This document shows positions 10,521 through 22,207 of a stretch of 64,000 nt of DNA, piece by piece. The position numbers were made by a program, and so were the translations under genes. The stretch is from Zygnema circumcarinatum SAG 698-1b (Eukaryota; Plantae; Zygnematophyceae), in the NCBI GenBank assembly GCA_037447605.1, contig CM074804.1, positions 8,471,909 through 8,535,908 of the forward strand, given 5' to 3'. The first letter of the stretch is position 1. Each line of letters opens with the position of its first letter. The notes beneath the pieces were generated by a model, which saw only the letters and a program-made list of their open reading frames with translations, made no database searches and was not told the DNA's origin.

Positions 10521-11734
10521 CAAGCTGCAGTGGAGGGCGACTTTAGCACAACTCTCAAATTGGCGGAGATAGCGTTGTAAAGGGGGCCGCTCTACCTGCG
10601 AGCCGTCAAGATTGAGGCAGAGGCGCTCACAACGGTAAGCGATGCTCCTCCACCTACTGCTGCTAATTATTTGAACAAGGCAAGTACATAAAAATCAATA
10701 TGGAGTGGATTCCGAGAACAGGACTAGTGAAATCAGAGGACTCACTTGGCCGTGTTTTCGCATGTAGTTGATGAGATACGACGCAGTGGAGCGCCTTTGT
10801 TGGGCAATGGAGGAATGCAGGGAGGCCTACACGTAGCGCATGTGGATGAAGTGCCAGCTGGCATTTTGCAAAGGCTTCCTGCAGGAGTCCATAGAACTTG
10901 CCAGGTAATTCAACATGTTCTCAACAACAATGTACGTTTGGTTTGAATCGCCTCTTCACTTTGCAGCGATTTTGTTTTAGAGAAAGGCCGATGCAACTGT
11001 GCAACCATGCTTGTGCTAGAAGGCTGTTTTTTTCATTGTTGACTCCTACTCTGAGCGCGCTGCAAGAACCTTGGTCTGACAATGCACATGCGCAAGCTGA
11101 AATTTCTTGTGAAGCTCAAGGTGAGGGCTTCTTTTCAGTGTTCGCAATAAGCTTATAAATGTTGTTGGAAATGCTTTTGAGATGGGCGCGTTTATATACG
11201 AAAGAGTGTGTGTGATTGTGTTTGTGTCCAATGCTTGGGATTGAACATACAAAGTACAAAAAAAAATTCGAGTTTAGGGTGAGGTGAAAGCATATGGATA
11301 TCGATTTAGACTATGATTAGGACTATGACTTTAGATTTAGTTTTTTTCTATAAAAGCATACGGGTGTGTGCACATCTTGAATTCTGAAGGTGTATTCAAA
11401 GAGAGTAGATGTAAGCAGTGCACATCAATTCAGTTGTGTGCTGAATGCAACAAGAGGGAAGAGGGTTACAAAATGAGAGGGAAGAGGGTTACAGAATGAT
11501 GGCAGAAAGGCGTTTGAAGAAGGGCGGTTTTGAGAGGCCTTGGCGCTGTACACGCAAGCGGCAGAAGGCGCCTTTGCCGCGACCTTTTGGGCTTTCCTCT
11601 CCGATTGCTTCCTCGCCCGCACAACAATCGCCTGCCTCTTGGGGCACCTTTTGAAGGCGTTCGCAGACACATGCAAGACCTTGCATAGTGGAAGAAGGAG
11701 AGGGAGTTTGGAGTTTTTTCTTCGTGACAACTAG
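10500..11734 (+). pseudogene. TPR-like pseudogene remnants (second piece repeated at +2321)
   Basis: EGDFSTTLKLAEIAL*RGPLYLRAVKIEAEALT ending at a GTAAGC donor; LQNDGRKAFEEGRF*EALALYTQA...LLKAFADTCKTL with TGA at 11531-11533; TPR resemblance judged by eye. Confidence 0.5.
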
Positions 11735-12409
11735 TCTGGTCCTTTAGAAGCCTTTTCTTAAATTTTAATTCTCACTACTTGGCGCTTCTGCCTTTCTTAA
11801 AAAATGGTTGTCGAGGAGTGACTCGCAAGTGGACCGCAATGTTTGTAAGGTGGTTGTGGAGACGGTCGATTGCGAGTTTGAAAAGATTCAAAGTTTAATC
11901 ACTCGCAACTACTATAGGTCTGTTCTATACACTTTGAGGTTTGATACAATGTATAATACAGTATTAATACATTATTATACACTATATAAAACCTAAATGC
12001 AACTGTTAACATTCGTACAACCGGACATAGAGTCGTACAGAATTTCTGTACATAAATTATGTACAAAACTATATAGTTCACATATGTGACTTAAGGTGCT
12101 AATTGGACTATAATCAATCTCCATTTAATTAGTGAAAAATATTAAAAGAAAATACATTAAATACATATAAAATACACTGTATTTTAAAAAATTGTATAAT
12201 ACGTATGTGTTATATGGCGTATTATATACGCTTTTGATACATATGGACCTATAACAGCTATAGAGTTATTGTTTACAGCGAAGGCTAACAAGCGTAGTGA
12301 AAGCGTAGTAGGGAGGTAATAGAGAGATGTTAGACAGACGTGACTGTAAATTATGACTGAACAAAGAGATGAGAACTGATATAACAAACTGCCTTTACTA
12401 GAGAGCTAA

Positions 12410-12856
12410 TGTAACAAACTACCTTCAACAAAGTTCATATTGCCCTCAACAGACTTCATACTGCCATCAGCAGGGTTTGATATCAAGACCTCTTGATACC
12501 CACCTATGTGCTTTACCATTAAAAGGCATTTGTACAACGTGGATGTAAATATTAGGCCATACAACCCATGTATAGCGTGTTGCTACATTCATCCTCACCA
12601 CGTCTCGCTACATTCTTCTTCACCATGTTTCGGTACATTTCTCCTCACCTAAACCAACTCATCTTTGAGCGCACTCAAAGGTTTTTACGAACAACGTTCA
12701 AACTCCTTCAACATATGGCCCTACAGTCCGAGCCCCATATGGCCTTACGGTCCACGCTCAAAGATCACGGTGTTTTTAGGGTGGATCGCAAATACCGATC
12801 CTTAGGCTTTGATACCAATGTAACAAACTACCCAAAGCATAGAGCGTTTCACTACA
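12410..12856 (-). mobile_element. Diverged TRIM copy of the 8907-9356 family
   Basis: Reverse-complement LTR 12410-12587, internal domain homologous to 9050-9215, PBS complement GGCTTTGATACCA at 12805-12817, 38-bp mini-LTR 12819-12856, near-TSD GCTAA/GCTGA. Confidence 0.85.
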
Positions 12857-14730
12857 GCTGAAGTTGCTCCCTTTTTCCTTAAAATGGTTCCAAAACCATC
12901 TGGAAGGTTCAAATGTGAAAAAAAAGTCTCATGCATTTGTTTTTCTTCAATGTTATACTGTGTTGTGTTATTCAATGTAGAGCTATGCTATGCTATAACA
13001 TGCTATTCTATGTTTTTTCTGCCATATTGTAAGAGTTTAGTAGTTAGATACCCGACTGGCTCTTCTATGCACGCTGAGCCTTTACGCCTCTCACCTGTAA
13101 AACCCTGGGACCTGTCAGTCCAGGGTGTCCCCCCCCTCTCCTCGGTGAAGAAGAGCCGAGCGTCTGCCTAAGGATCGCCAATGTGAGGCTGAAGGCACCA
13201 TCAGCATCAGCACCAGCATCATTACAGTACGGAACCTTCGCCCTAATCTGCATACTTGTTGAAGCGTCGACCTCTGGGATGAAGGGGTGGCAAGGCGAGG
13301 CCTTGGGGGGGGGGCGTCCTCGCGGCTCTGCGCTGCACACGAGGCGAGACGCACAACGGGAGGGCCCGCGCAGGTCCTTGAGATCTTCTGTCAGAGTGGC
13401 GCGAGGGGGCGGTATTTGGCGGCGATACCGCAAGATACTGCCCTCTCGATTCCCTGAATGTAAGTCGATATCACGGTCATGATGAAGGTCATCATGATGA
13501 CATGATGATTAGATTATGAAGATGAGTCTGACAAGTCAAAGAAACTCCCGTAGCCCGTGGCCCGCCCCTGCCGCCTTCAGTAAATGCCGTCGAAAAAACC
13601 CTAAAATCCAGACAAGCCCTACAAGCCCTCAACCATCNNNNNNNNNNGACTTTAGATTTAGTTTTTTTCTATAAAAGCATACGGGTGTGTGCACATCTTG
13701 AATTCTGAAGGTGTATTCAAAGAGAGTAGATGTAAGCAGTGCACATCAATTCAGTTGTGTGCTGAATGCAACAAGAGGGAAGAGGGTTACAAAATGAGAG
13801 GGAAGAGGGTTACAGAATGATGGCAGAAAGGCGTTTGAAGAAGGGCGGTTTTGAGAGGCCTTGGCGCTGTACACGCAAGCGGCAGAAGGCGCCTTTGCCG
13901 CGACCTTTTGGGCTTTCCTCTCCGATTGCTTCCTCGCCCGCACAACAATCGCCTGCCTCTTGGGGCACCTTTTGAAGGCGTTCGCAGACACATGCAAGAC
14001 CTTGCATAGTGGAAGAAGGAGAGGGAGTTTGGAGTTTTTTCTTCGTGACAACTAGTCTGGTCCTTTAGAAGCCTTTTCTTAAATTTTAATTCTCACTACT
14101 TGGCGCTTCTGCCTTTCTTAAAAAATGGTTGTCGAGGAGTGACTCGCAAGTGGACCGCAATGTTTGTAAGGTGGTTGTGGAGACGGTCGATTGCGAGTTT
14201 GAAAAGATTCAAAGTTTAATCACTCGCAACTACTATAGGTCTGTTCTATACACTTTGAGGTTTGATACAATGTATAATACAGTATTAATACATTATTATA
14301 CACTATATAAAACCTAAATGCAACTGTTAACATTCGTACAACCGGACATAGAGTCGTACAGAATTTCTGTACATAAATTATGTACAAAACTATATAGTTC
14401 ACATATGTGACTTAAGGTGCTAATTGGACTATAATCAATCTCCATTTAATTAGTGAAAAATATTAAAAGAAAATACATTAAATACATATAAAATACACTG
14501 TATTTTAAAAAATTGTATAATACGTATGTGTTATATGGCGTATTATATACGCTTTTGATACATATGGACCTATAACAGCTATAGAGTTATTGTTTACAGC
14601 GAAGGCTAACAAGCGTAGTGAAAGCGTAGTAGGGAGGTAATAGAGAGATGTTAGACAGACGTGACTGTAAATTATGACTGAACAAAGAGATGAGAACTGA
14701 TATAACAAACTGCCTTTACTAGAGAGCTAA

Positions 14731-15177
14731 TGTAACAAACTACCTTCAACAAAGTTCATATTGCCCTCAACAGACTTCATACTGCCATCAGCAGGGTTTG
14801 ATATCAAGACCTCTTGATACCCACCTATGTGCTTTACCATTAAAAGGCATTTGTACAACGTGGATGTAAATATTAGGCCATACAACCCATGTATAGCGTG
14901 TTGCTACATTCATCCTCACCACGTCTCGCTACATTCTTCTTCACCATGTTTCGGTACATTTCTCCTCACCTAAACCAACTCATCTTTGAGCGCACTCAAA
15001 GGTTTTTACGAACAACGTTCAAACTCCTTCAACATATGGCCCTACAGTCCGAGCCCCATATGGCCTTACGGTCCACGCTCAAAGATCACGGTGTTTTTAG
15101 GGTGGATCGCAAATACCGATCCTTAGGCTTTGATACCAATGTAACAAACTACCCAAAGCATAGAGCGTTTCACTACA
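14731..15177 (-). mobile_element. Same TRIM copy within the duplicated block
   Basis: Identical to 12410-12856 at offset 2321. Confidence 0.75.
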
Positions 15178-16150
15178 GCTGAAGTTGCTCCCTTTTTCCT
15201 TAAAATGGTTCCAAAACCATCTGGAAGGTTCAAATGTGAAAAAAAAGTCTCATGCATTTGTTTTTCTTCAATGTTATACTGTGTTGTGTTATTCAATGTA
15301 GAGCTATGCTATGCTATAACATGCTATTCTATGTTTTTTCTGCCATATTGTAAGAGTTTAGTAGTTAGATACCCGACTGGCTCTTCTATGCACGCTGAGC
15401 CTTTACGCCTCTCACCTGTAAAACCCTGGGACCTGTCAGTCCAGGGTGTCCCCCCCCTCTCCTCGGTGAAGAAGAGCCGAGCGTCTGCCTAAGGATCGCC
15501 AATGTGAGGCTGAAGGCACCATCAGCATCAGCACCAGCATCATTACAGTACGGAACCTTCGCCCTAATCTGCATACTTGTTGAAGCGTCGACCTCTGGGA
15601 TGAAGGGGTGGCAAGGCGAGGCCTTGGGGGGGGGGCGTCCTCGCGGCTCTGCGCTGCACACGAGGCGAGACGCACAACGGGAGGGCCCGCGCAGGTCCTT
15701 GAGATCTTCTGTCAGAGTGGCGCGAGGGGGCGGTATTTGGCGGCGATACCGCAAGATACTGCCCTCTCGATTCCCTGAATGTAAGTCGATATCACGGTCA
15801 TGATGAAGGTCATCATGATGACATGATGATTAGATTATGAAGATGAGTCTGACAAGTCAAAGAAACTCCCGTAGCCCGTGGCCCGCCCCTGCCGCCTTCA
15901 GTAAATGCCGTCGAAAAAACCCTAAAATCCAGACAAGCCCTACAAGCCCTCAACCATCGCACATCCCTGGAAACCCTAAAAATTCTGAAACCTTGAAAAG
16001 CCTATCGGAGGTCAAGCAGCAGTGCTTCCACTTCCGCTCTCTCCCCTTGCGCTCTGCGCCTCCGCCTTGAAACACCTGTTGCTCCGTCGAGAAGCCCTCA
16101 CCGGGTGGCGCGTGGCAGGCGTTCCAACAGGCGCCACGTGGCGTGCGGCC

Positions 16151-19100
16151 ATGGCCTCCGGCGGCGTGTTCCCCTCCCCTCAGCGCCTCTGCTTCTGCCA
16201 GCTCTGCAGGGTGCCGCTCGACATCATCGGGACCGATGCGCTCTTCGACTCGGCTCGACAGGGTAACCTTCAAACCTGGAAATTCTGTATTCTGGAAACT
16301 CGAAGGCATGGAAATCCTAAGGCATAGAATCCTGGTAACCCTAAAACCTGGAAATGGTAAGAAGGTATGAAGATTCTCAGGTATGGAATCCTATACCTGG
16401 AAAACGAAAACATGGAAACTGTAAACACGGGAGCTCTAAACTGAGGATAATTTTGAAATCTTCTAAAGCATTCCTAAAAAGTGTGAATTCCTGAGAATTT
16501 TGGAACCTTCTGGAACCGAAACTCTTTGAACTTGAAGTCATGCAAACTGGAAACCCTAAAAATGAAAGCCCTGAAACATCGAAATTTCTGGAAACTGGCA
16601 CCCTAAGAATGGGCACTCAAAGATAAAGCGACTTGGAAAAATGCAGAGTTTCGTGGGCAAGAATAGCGTTTTAAGTTCCAAATGGGAAGAAAATATATTG
16701 TATCAAGTGGCGGAAGCAGAAACGCCCCAAGAGCTTTGCGCAAACAGCAGGGCCGAAGAAGTCTTCAAGCCGCAGAAAATTCCAAATTCCACGTGAAAGC
16801 TACGAAACATTTACTAACAATTCTATAGTTCCAGCAGTTCACAAAGCCCTGAACTTGGGTTGACATCTGCAGCAGGAGGACAGCCGAGCGGCGGAGCCTC
16901 CCGCATGGCAATGGCAGCCATGGACAGCTCCTTCGTGCTCCTTCCAAAGCAGCAGCGCCCTCCTGCACCACTCCCTTCCTCCTCTTCCAACGCTCCCACT
17001 CTCCCCCCTCGCATCCTCCGCCCTAGCAGTACAGCCATGGCTTCTGCAGGAGGTGCATTCACAGCCGATTTCCGGGGAGCTCCTGCTGCAGCAGGCATAT
17101 CTACTGGTGGGGGGGCAGGAGGAGACGGTTCCGCGGCAGCAGCGGGGTTCAGGGGCATGGAGGAGTCCTTTGTGGTGCTGCCGTCTGCGGCGGCTTCTAT
17201 GTACCGCCATGAAGGGGGGCAGGGGGGACCTGGGCCTCAGGGAGATGGAGGCGGAAGCCATGGCAGTTTGGACTCGCGTATAATGGCGCTTACGAAGGTG
17301 TTTGAACTTGCGTCACAGCACACCGGGGTGAGCTCCACGTCCCCTTTTTCAAGAATTACTAGCTTTGGCAACCCTAAATTTGTTGAAGCCCTGAATGGAG
17401 CTTGGAAAGTTGAACCTCCAGATGACTCAACTCACTTTCAACAAAGCCTTTACGATCAAACGGCCCTCCTAACCTTCGCACGGCAGTAAGGATTGTTATA
17501 CTGTCAATCTGGGAGCTCAAAAGGAACACGTGGAAACATTTTCACATTCTGAAAATCCTTAGGTCTCGCGTCGAGTTGCAGGTAGACCACCCTCTTTGTG
17601 CAGAATGCATGCGGTCTCTGCAGGAGGAGCTAAGCATGGAGGTGAGAGATGTGGAGAAGGACATTGCCGGATACGAAGCGTGCTTGCTACGGTTTGAGGC
17701 GGAGGAGCAGAAGGCCATGAAGGACGACAAGTTTGCTTGGGAAAAGCAGCAGGTTCCCTCATTCTGCACTTTAGGCGGACATTGGTCATGCCATCTATGC
17801 ATGTTATGACAGAGTCATTTCTGCAACGGAGGAGTTGGTGGGTTTCCGAGGGTAATGAGTTTTTTGGCACTCGTGAAGGTTTAGATTCGAGGGAAGCGCC
17901 TCGGTGGTGAATGGATTTGAGGGATTTTGGGTTATGGGAAGCGTTACAGTTGTTGTTGATGGTCGGGAGGGAAGGGGTGGGGCAAATTAAGAGCTCGGAA
18001 AGTGAGTATGATCAGAGCGATGGAAACTTGAAATTAGAATGGAAGGTTGGTTGATGCAGGCAGAAGCCGAGGAGCAGCGTCTCTTTGCAGAGCTGACGAG
18101 AGTGCAGGCAGAGAGGGCAGAGGTGCGTGCTGAGCTGGCGGAGGTGGAGAAAAAGGCGGTGCGATTGGAGGAGCTGCAGCAGAGGTGAAATGCAGAATGA
18201 ATCTTGAACTGAAAGAACCTGCCTTGAAGTCCTGCAGCTTGTAGACTCAAAAGATCTTATTCACCAATCATTTCCATCCTAGAGCTAGGCTCGTCCTTGA
18301 GAGCATATATCGCTGTTGATGTGAAGAACTGAGTATACTTTCACCTCGTTTTGTGGAGTTTATGTTGAAGTACTTCTAGACTTGGAACTGCCGGCAATCT
18401 GCCTGCAAGTTGAGCGATTAGACGACATTATGTCCAAGTTTTGTTGTATTGTTGTCATAGGCGACTTCCGTCTCGGAGTTGACTCTGTCAGTTTTGACTA
18501 TGTCCTGACGTATGGAAAACGCATAACGAGGATTGCAGGTACTGGCACGAATGGAACGAGCTGCGGTGGCAGCTGACTGTGCATCAGGTACTTGGGGCGT
18601 TACTGGGAGAGAGAGAAGGAGAGAGGAGGGAGAGAGAGAGGGAGAGGGAGGAAGACAGTGTATATTAGCGGGGAGAGAGTGTGAGACATGAATCTTTTGT
18701 TGTTTATGCGCTCTTGCATGTATCCCCGGCCTCTGCTGATTGGTCACGCGTGTGAGATGACAGGAGGCGAGAGACACAGTGTTGGCGAGAATGGAGGTGG
18801 CGGGTGCGCAGCTGGAGGCTCTGAAGAGTGCAAATGTGCTCAACGATGCGTTCCACATTTGGCACGACGGAGAGTTTGGAACGATCAATAGCTTCCGACT
18901 TGGGCGTCTGCCGAGTGTGCCGGTACGGTTCCATGTGCCGGATTCGGACTACTGGTTTTTTGCGTTTCAGAAACTGCGTCTCTATGTTCGTTATGGCGTT
19001 CATTGTGTTGATGCAGAAGGAGAGGCCGAAGAATGACGAGATGATGTCAAGTGATAGGTTCTCATTTATGGTCTCTAATATGTGTGGATGTATGAGTGGA

Positions 19101-20874
19101 GAAGTCAATTTGCAAAGGCTGCCACTAGATGATGAAGAAGAAGAAGAAGAAGAAGAAGAAGAAGAAGAAGAAGAAGAAGATCGAAGATTGTAGAAGCCAA
19201 GGGTTAGAGTGAACCAATCCGAACGTGGTGAATATTAAGACGTCAGGTTTCTTGTCAAGTTTGAATTTGGTTGGACAACCTAATCTGACCTAGCTTTTTG
19301 GGTATAAACTGGGATTGGGAACCGCAGGTTGAGTGGGACGAAATCAATGCAGCGTGGGGCCAAGCGTGTCTGCTGCTCTTCACAATGGCCCAAATGTGCC
19401 GCTTCACCTTCTCGTGAGCAATAAGATCCACTTTCAATCAACTTCGGCTTAACTTTGGGTCAATTTCGGTTCAATTTTCATCCGTTCTTTTCTCAGATGA
19501 TTTGTTTGGTCCGTCTCGCAAGTATGTGAAGGAAGGCTCTCACGGCTATTGAGTAGAAAGGGCTGAGTATCCACCTGGGGATGGAGGGGAGTGATCAGTT
19601 ACCGGATACTGCCCATGGGGAGCCAACCGCGCATTGCAGATGGCAAAAACTCGTATGACTTGTGAGTGTTCCTGTGAAAGCATTGTTGGAGGGGGAGGGA
19701 GTGGGTGGGAGAGGAGTCGGAGAGGTGACAAGTTGGGGAGGGAGAGGGGATTTATAGAGAGATTGAATAAAGGGAAGCAGGAGATAGAACAGAGGGAGAG
19801 GGAGACAAGAGCGGGGAATGTCAGGGGAGGACAGGGAGGGAGAAAGCGAGAGGAGGGGGGGGGGGGAAGGTGGAAAAGGGGGAGGGTACTAGGAAGAGAA
19901 CTATGGTGAACTGTGCTTTGAAGTGGAAGCCAAGCGCATGGACTTGTACTGCATTGGATGTTGAAATATGGCGTGAAAGAAACTGCGTTTCTGTATGCAG
20001 GTTTGGCCCTGTAAACCTGTTTTGGAGTACTCGTTACGACAAGGCCATGGTCCTCTTCCTCGCCTGCTTGAAGGAGTTCACTGACTTCGCCCACGCTAAG
20101 GACCGCGCAGCCGATATTCCGCCTGAAAAGTGCTTTCAGCTTCCGTACAGGTGGGGCCCCTTGAAGACTTTCTTCCTACCCATTCTTTATCTGTTTTAAA
20201 AACCAATCCCTGTTCTACTTCCTACAGGTTGTTTAACCCTGATCGGTTGTGTCGCTGTTAGGCCTGATTGAAATCTTTGGTTTGAGCTTTTGGATTTGTA
20301 ATTCCTAAGTTTGACCCTAATCTCTACCTGTTGAATCCCTACAGCTGATCTTGGATTCGTACTCTGACTTTAATTTTTAGCCGTTTCCGCTAGCCCAAGT
20401 TTGGTGTGCTAAATTTGATTCCTGACTCACTTCCAAACCAAACCAGATTTGCGATTCTCGTTCTTCTCAGGTTGTCACGGTGCTTTCTCTCCTAAGCCAT
20501 TCTTTAATTTTGAAAAGAAACTGAGCCCAACTGCATCGCCATTCACACAGAAGGCGGGACATGTTTACCTTCCTTCTTTCTTTTTGTTTTTTTTTACAGA
20601 ACTTCCGTGCCAGAATACTGACCCGTGCCAGAATACTGACCCGGAGCTGTGTTTTCACTGTTTACGCAGGATCGATGGAGATAAAGTGAAGGATTTAACA
20701 ATTAAGCAGAGCTTTAATCGCGATGAGCGATGGACCAAAGCTCTGAAATACACTCTTTGTGATCTCAAATGGGCCCTTGTCTGGCTCATTAACAACGGCG
20801 CCCCTCCCCCCTCCCAGCAAGCGGCCTCAGCTCCCCAAGGGCCTTCTAGCAGCAACTTGACTATGGTGACCTAG
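16151..20874 (+). CDS. ATG6: Autophagy protein ATG6/Beclin-1, multi-exon
   Basis: [99 protein letters not shown] with GT-AG introns. Confidence 0.95.
19134..19178. repeat. (GAA)n microsatellite in an ATG6 intron
   Basis: About 15 uninterrupted GAA units. Confidence 0.95.
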
Positions 20875-21372
20875 TCACGGCCAAAGCATTGAAACTGATT
20901 CAGATTGTATAGACTTCAGAGGTCCTATTGATTTAGCCAATTTTAACTGTTTCGACATGCATGTAAATTAGGGTCGACGACTTTCTGCTCTTGTCGAACG
21001 AAGTGTCGATGACAGGTAGATGATGAACATCCACGGAACGGAGAGCGTTGTGACACAGAAGTTGTCTCAAAAACAAAATCTCGCATACATTTTTCTTTAG
21101 TAATCATCGGTCAATATCACAGCTTGGAAGTTGGAACCCTGAGAACGGCGAGTATGGCTTTTGACCAACTCGAAATGATCAGCAGGAGGGCAGCAGCTGC
21201 GGAGTTGGAAGAGGGCTGGTCCAAAGCCTCGATCAGAAGCAGAGATTAGTTCGAGAAGCAGTGTCAGAGGAGGCAGAAGAGAATAATGAGAGAAGTTTCC
21301 TCGTCTGGAGATGGCCCTTCAAATCAACTGGTAGAGCTCGTCTGGTGCCCTCCCATGTCCCATGCCTCAGCG

Positions 21373-21409
<37 letters not shown>

Positions 21410-21442
21410 NNNNNNNNNNCCCCCCCCCCCCCCCCCCCCCCC
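21373..21442. repeat. Poly-C tract interrupted by an N gap
   Basis: Homopolymer on both sides of the gap; true length unknown. Confidence 0.9.
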
Positions 21443-22207
21443 AAATGCACCATGTCCCATGCCATGCCTCGTGCTCCGTATCGCATGTCCTATGTGTCAA
21501 GTGCCATGACGTTCCAACTATGCCACTATGGCTCGTGGTTCATGTGAGCATGTCTCGTGTCTCCAGCCATGCCCCATGTTGCATGCATGGCCATGGCCCA
21601 TCGAGCTCATGCAGTGGTGCCAGTCACCAGACTTGGCTAAAGAGATGACACAGCAGACGCCATGACTAACCAAAATCGAACTAAACTGGTCAACTGGGAA
21701 ACTGCCACATGGGTAGCCACAGCTGTTGAGCGGCCGATTTTCAACCAACGACATGTCCTTCAAGAGGGCAGTAAGAAAAAAAATGTCGATTTTTATTCCT
21801 TGTATTAGCGGGAAAACCTGAAGCGGCCAATGGTCAACCGTGGGCCACCTTTACCGTCGAAGGCCAAAAATGAATTTCTTTTCAGCAAATGAAATGGCAG
21901 AAGCCTTCTACTTAAAAAAAAAAAAATTGTTCACGAAAAAAAAAAAATGGAAGTACTGTCCCCGAAATTATTTTCAAAACTATTCCCGCTCTCACACGCG
22001 CAACAATTTAGCGGAACGGGGAAATGGAACCAGAAAAGAAGCGTTGTACGGAGGCCCTGCAAGTCGAAGCGTTTGGTCTGACGCTGGAGCTTGAGGTGGA
22101 GAAGCTGGCAGGTGAATTTGCTTCAGAAAGCGCTCCAAAACTGCAGAAAATCTCATCTATATTGAACGGAAGGTTGCAGAATTTTGTAATATTGGAAAGG
22201 TTAAAGC

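Larger units (their letters stand above)
11327..15958. repeat. 2.3-kb direct duplication 11327-13637 = 13648-15958 across an N gap, probably an assembly artefact
   Basis: ORF track is identical at offset 2321; the copies are separated only by 10 N. Confidence 0.85.

Noticed and set aside
13479-13531. Box C/D snoRNA (ATGATGA...CTGA)
   Set aside because: Low-complexity CATGATGA repeats with no terminal stem and no recognisable guide.
11327-15958. Real recent segmental duplication
   Set aside because: The copies look identical and meet exactly at a 10-N gap, as do 632-1310/1328-2006. An unmerged contig overlap is more likely; read depth would settle it.
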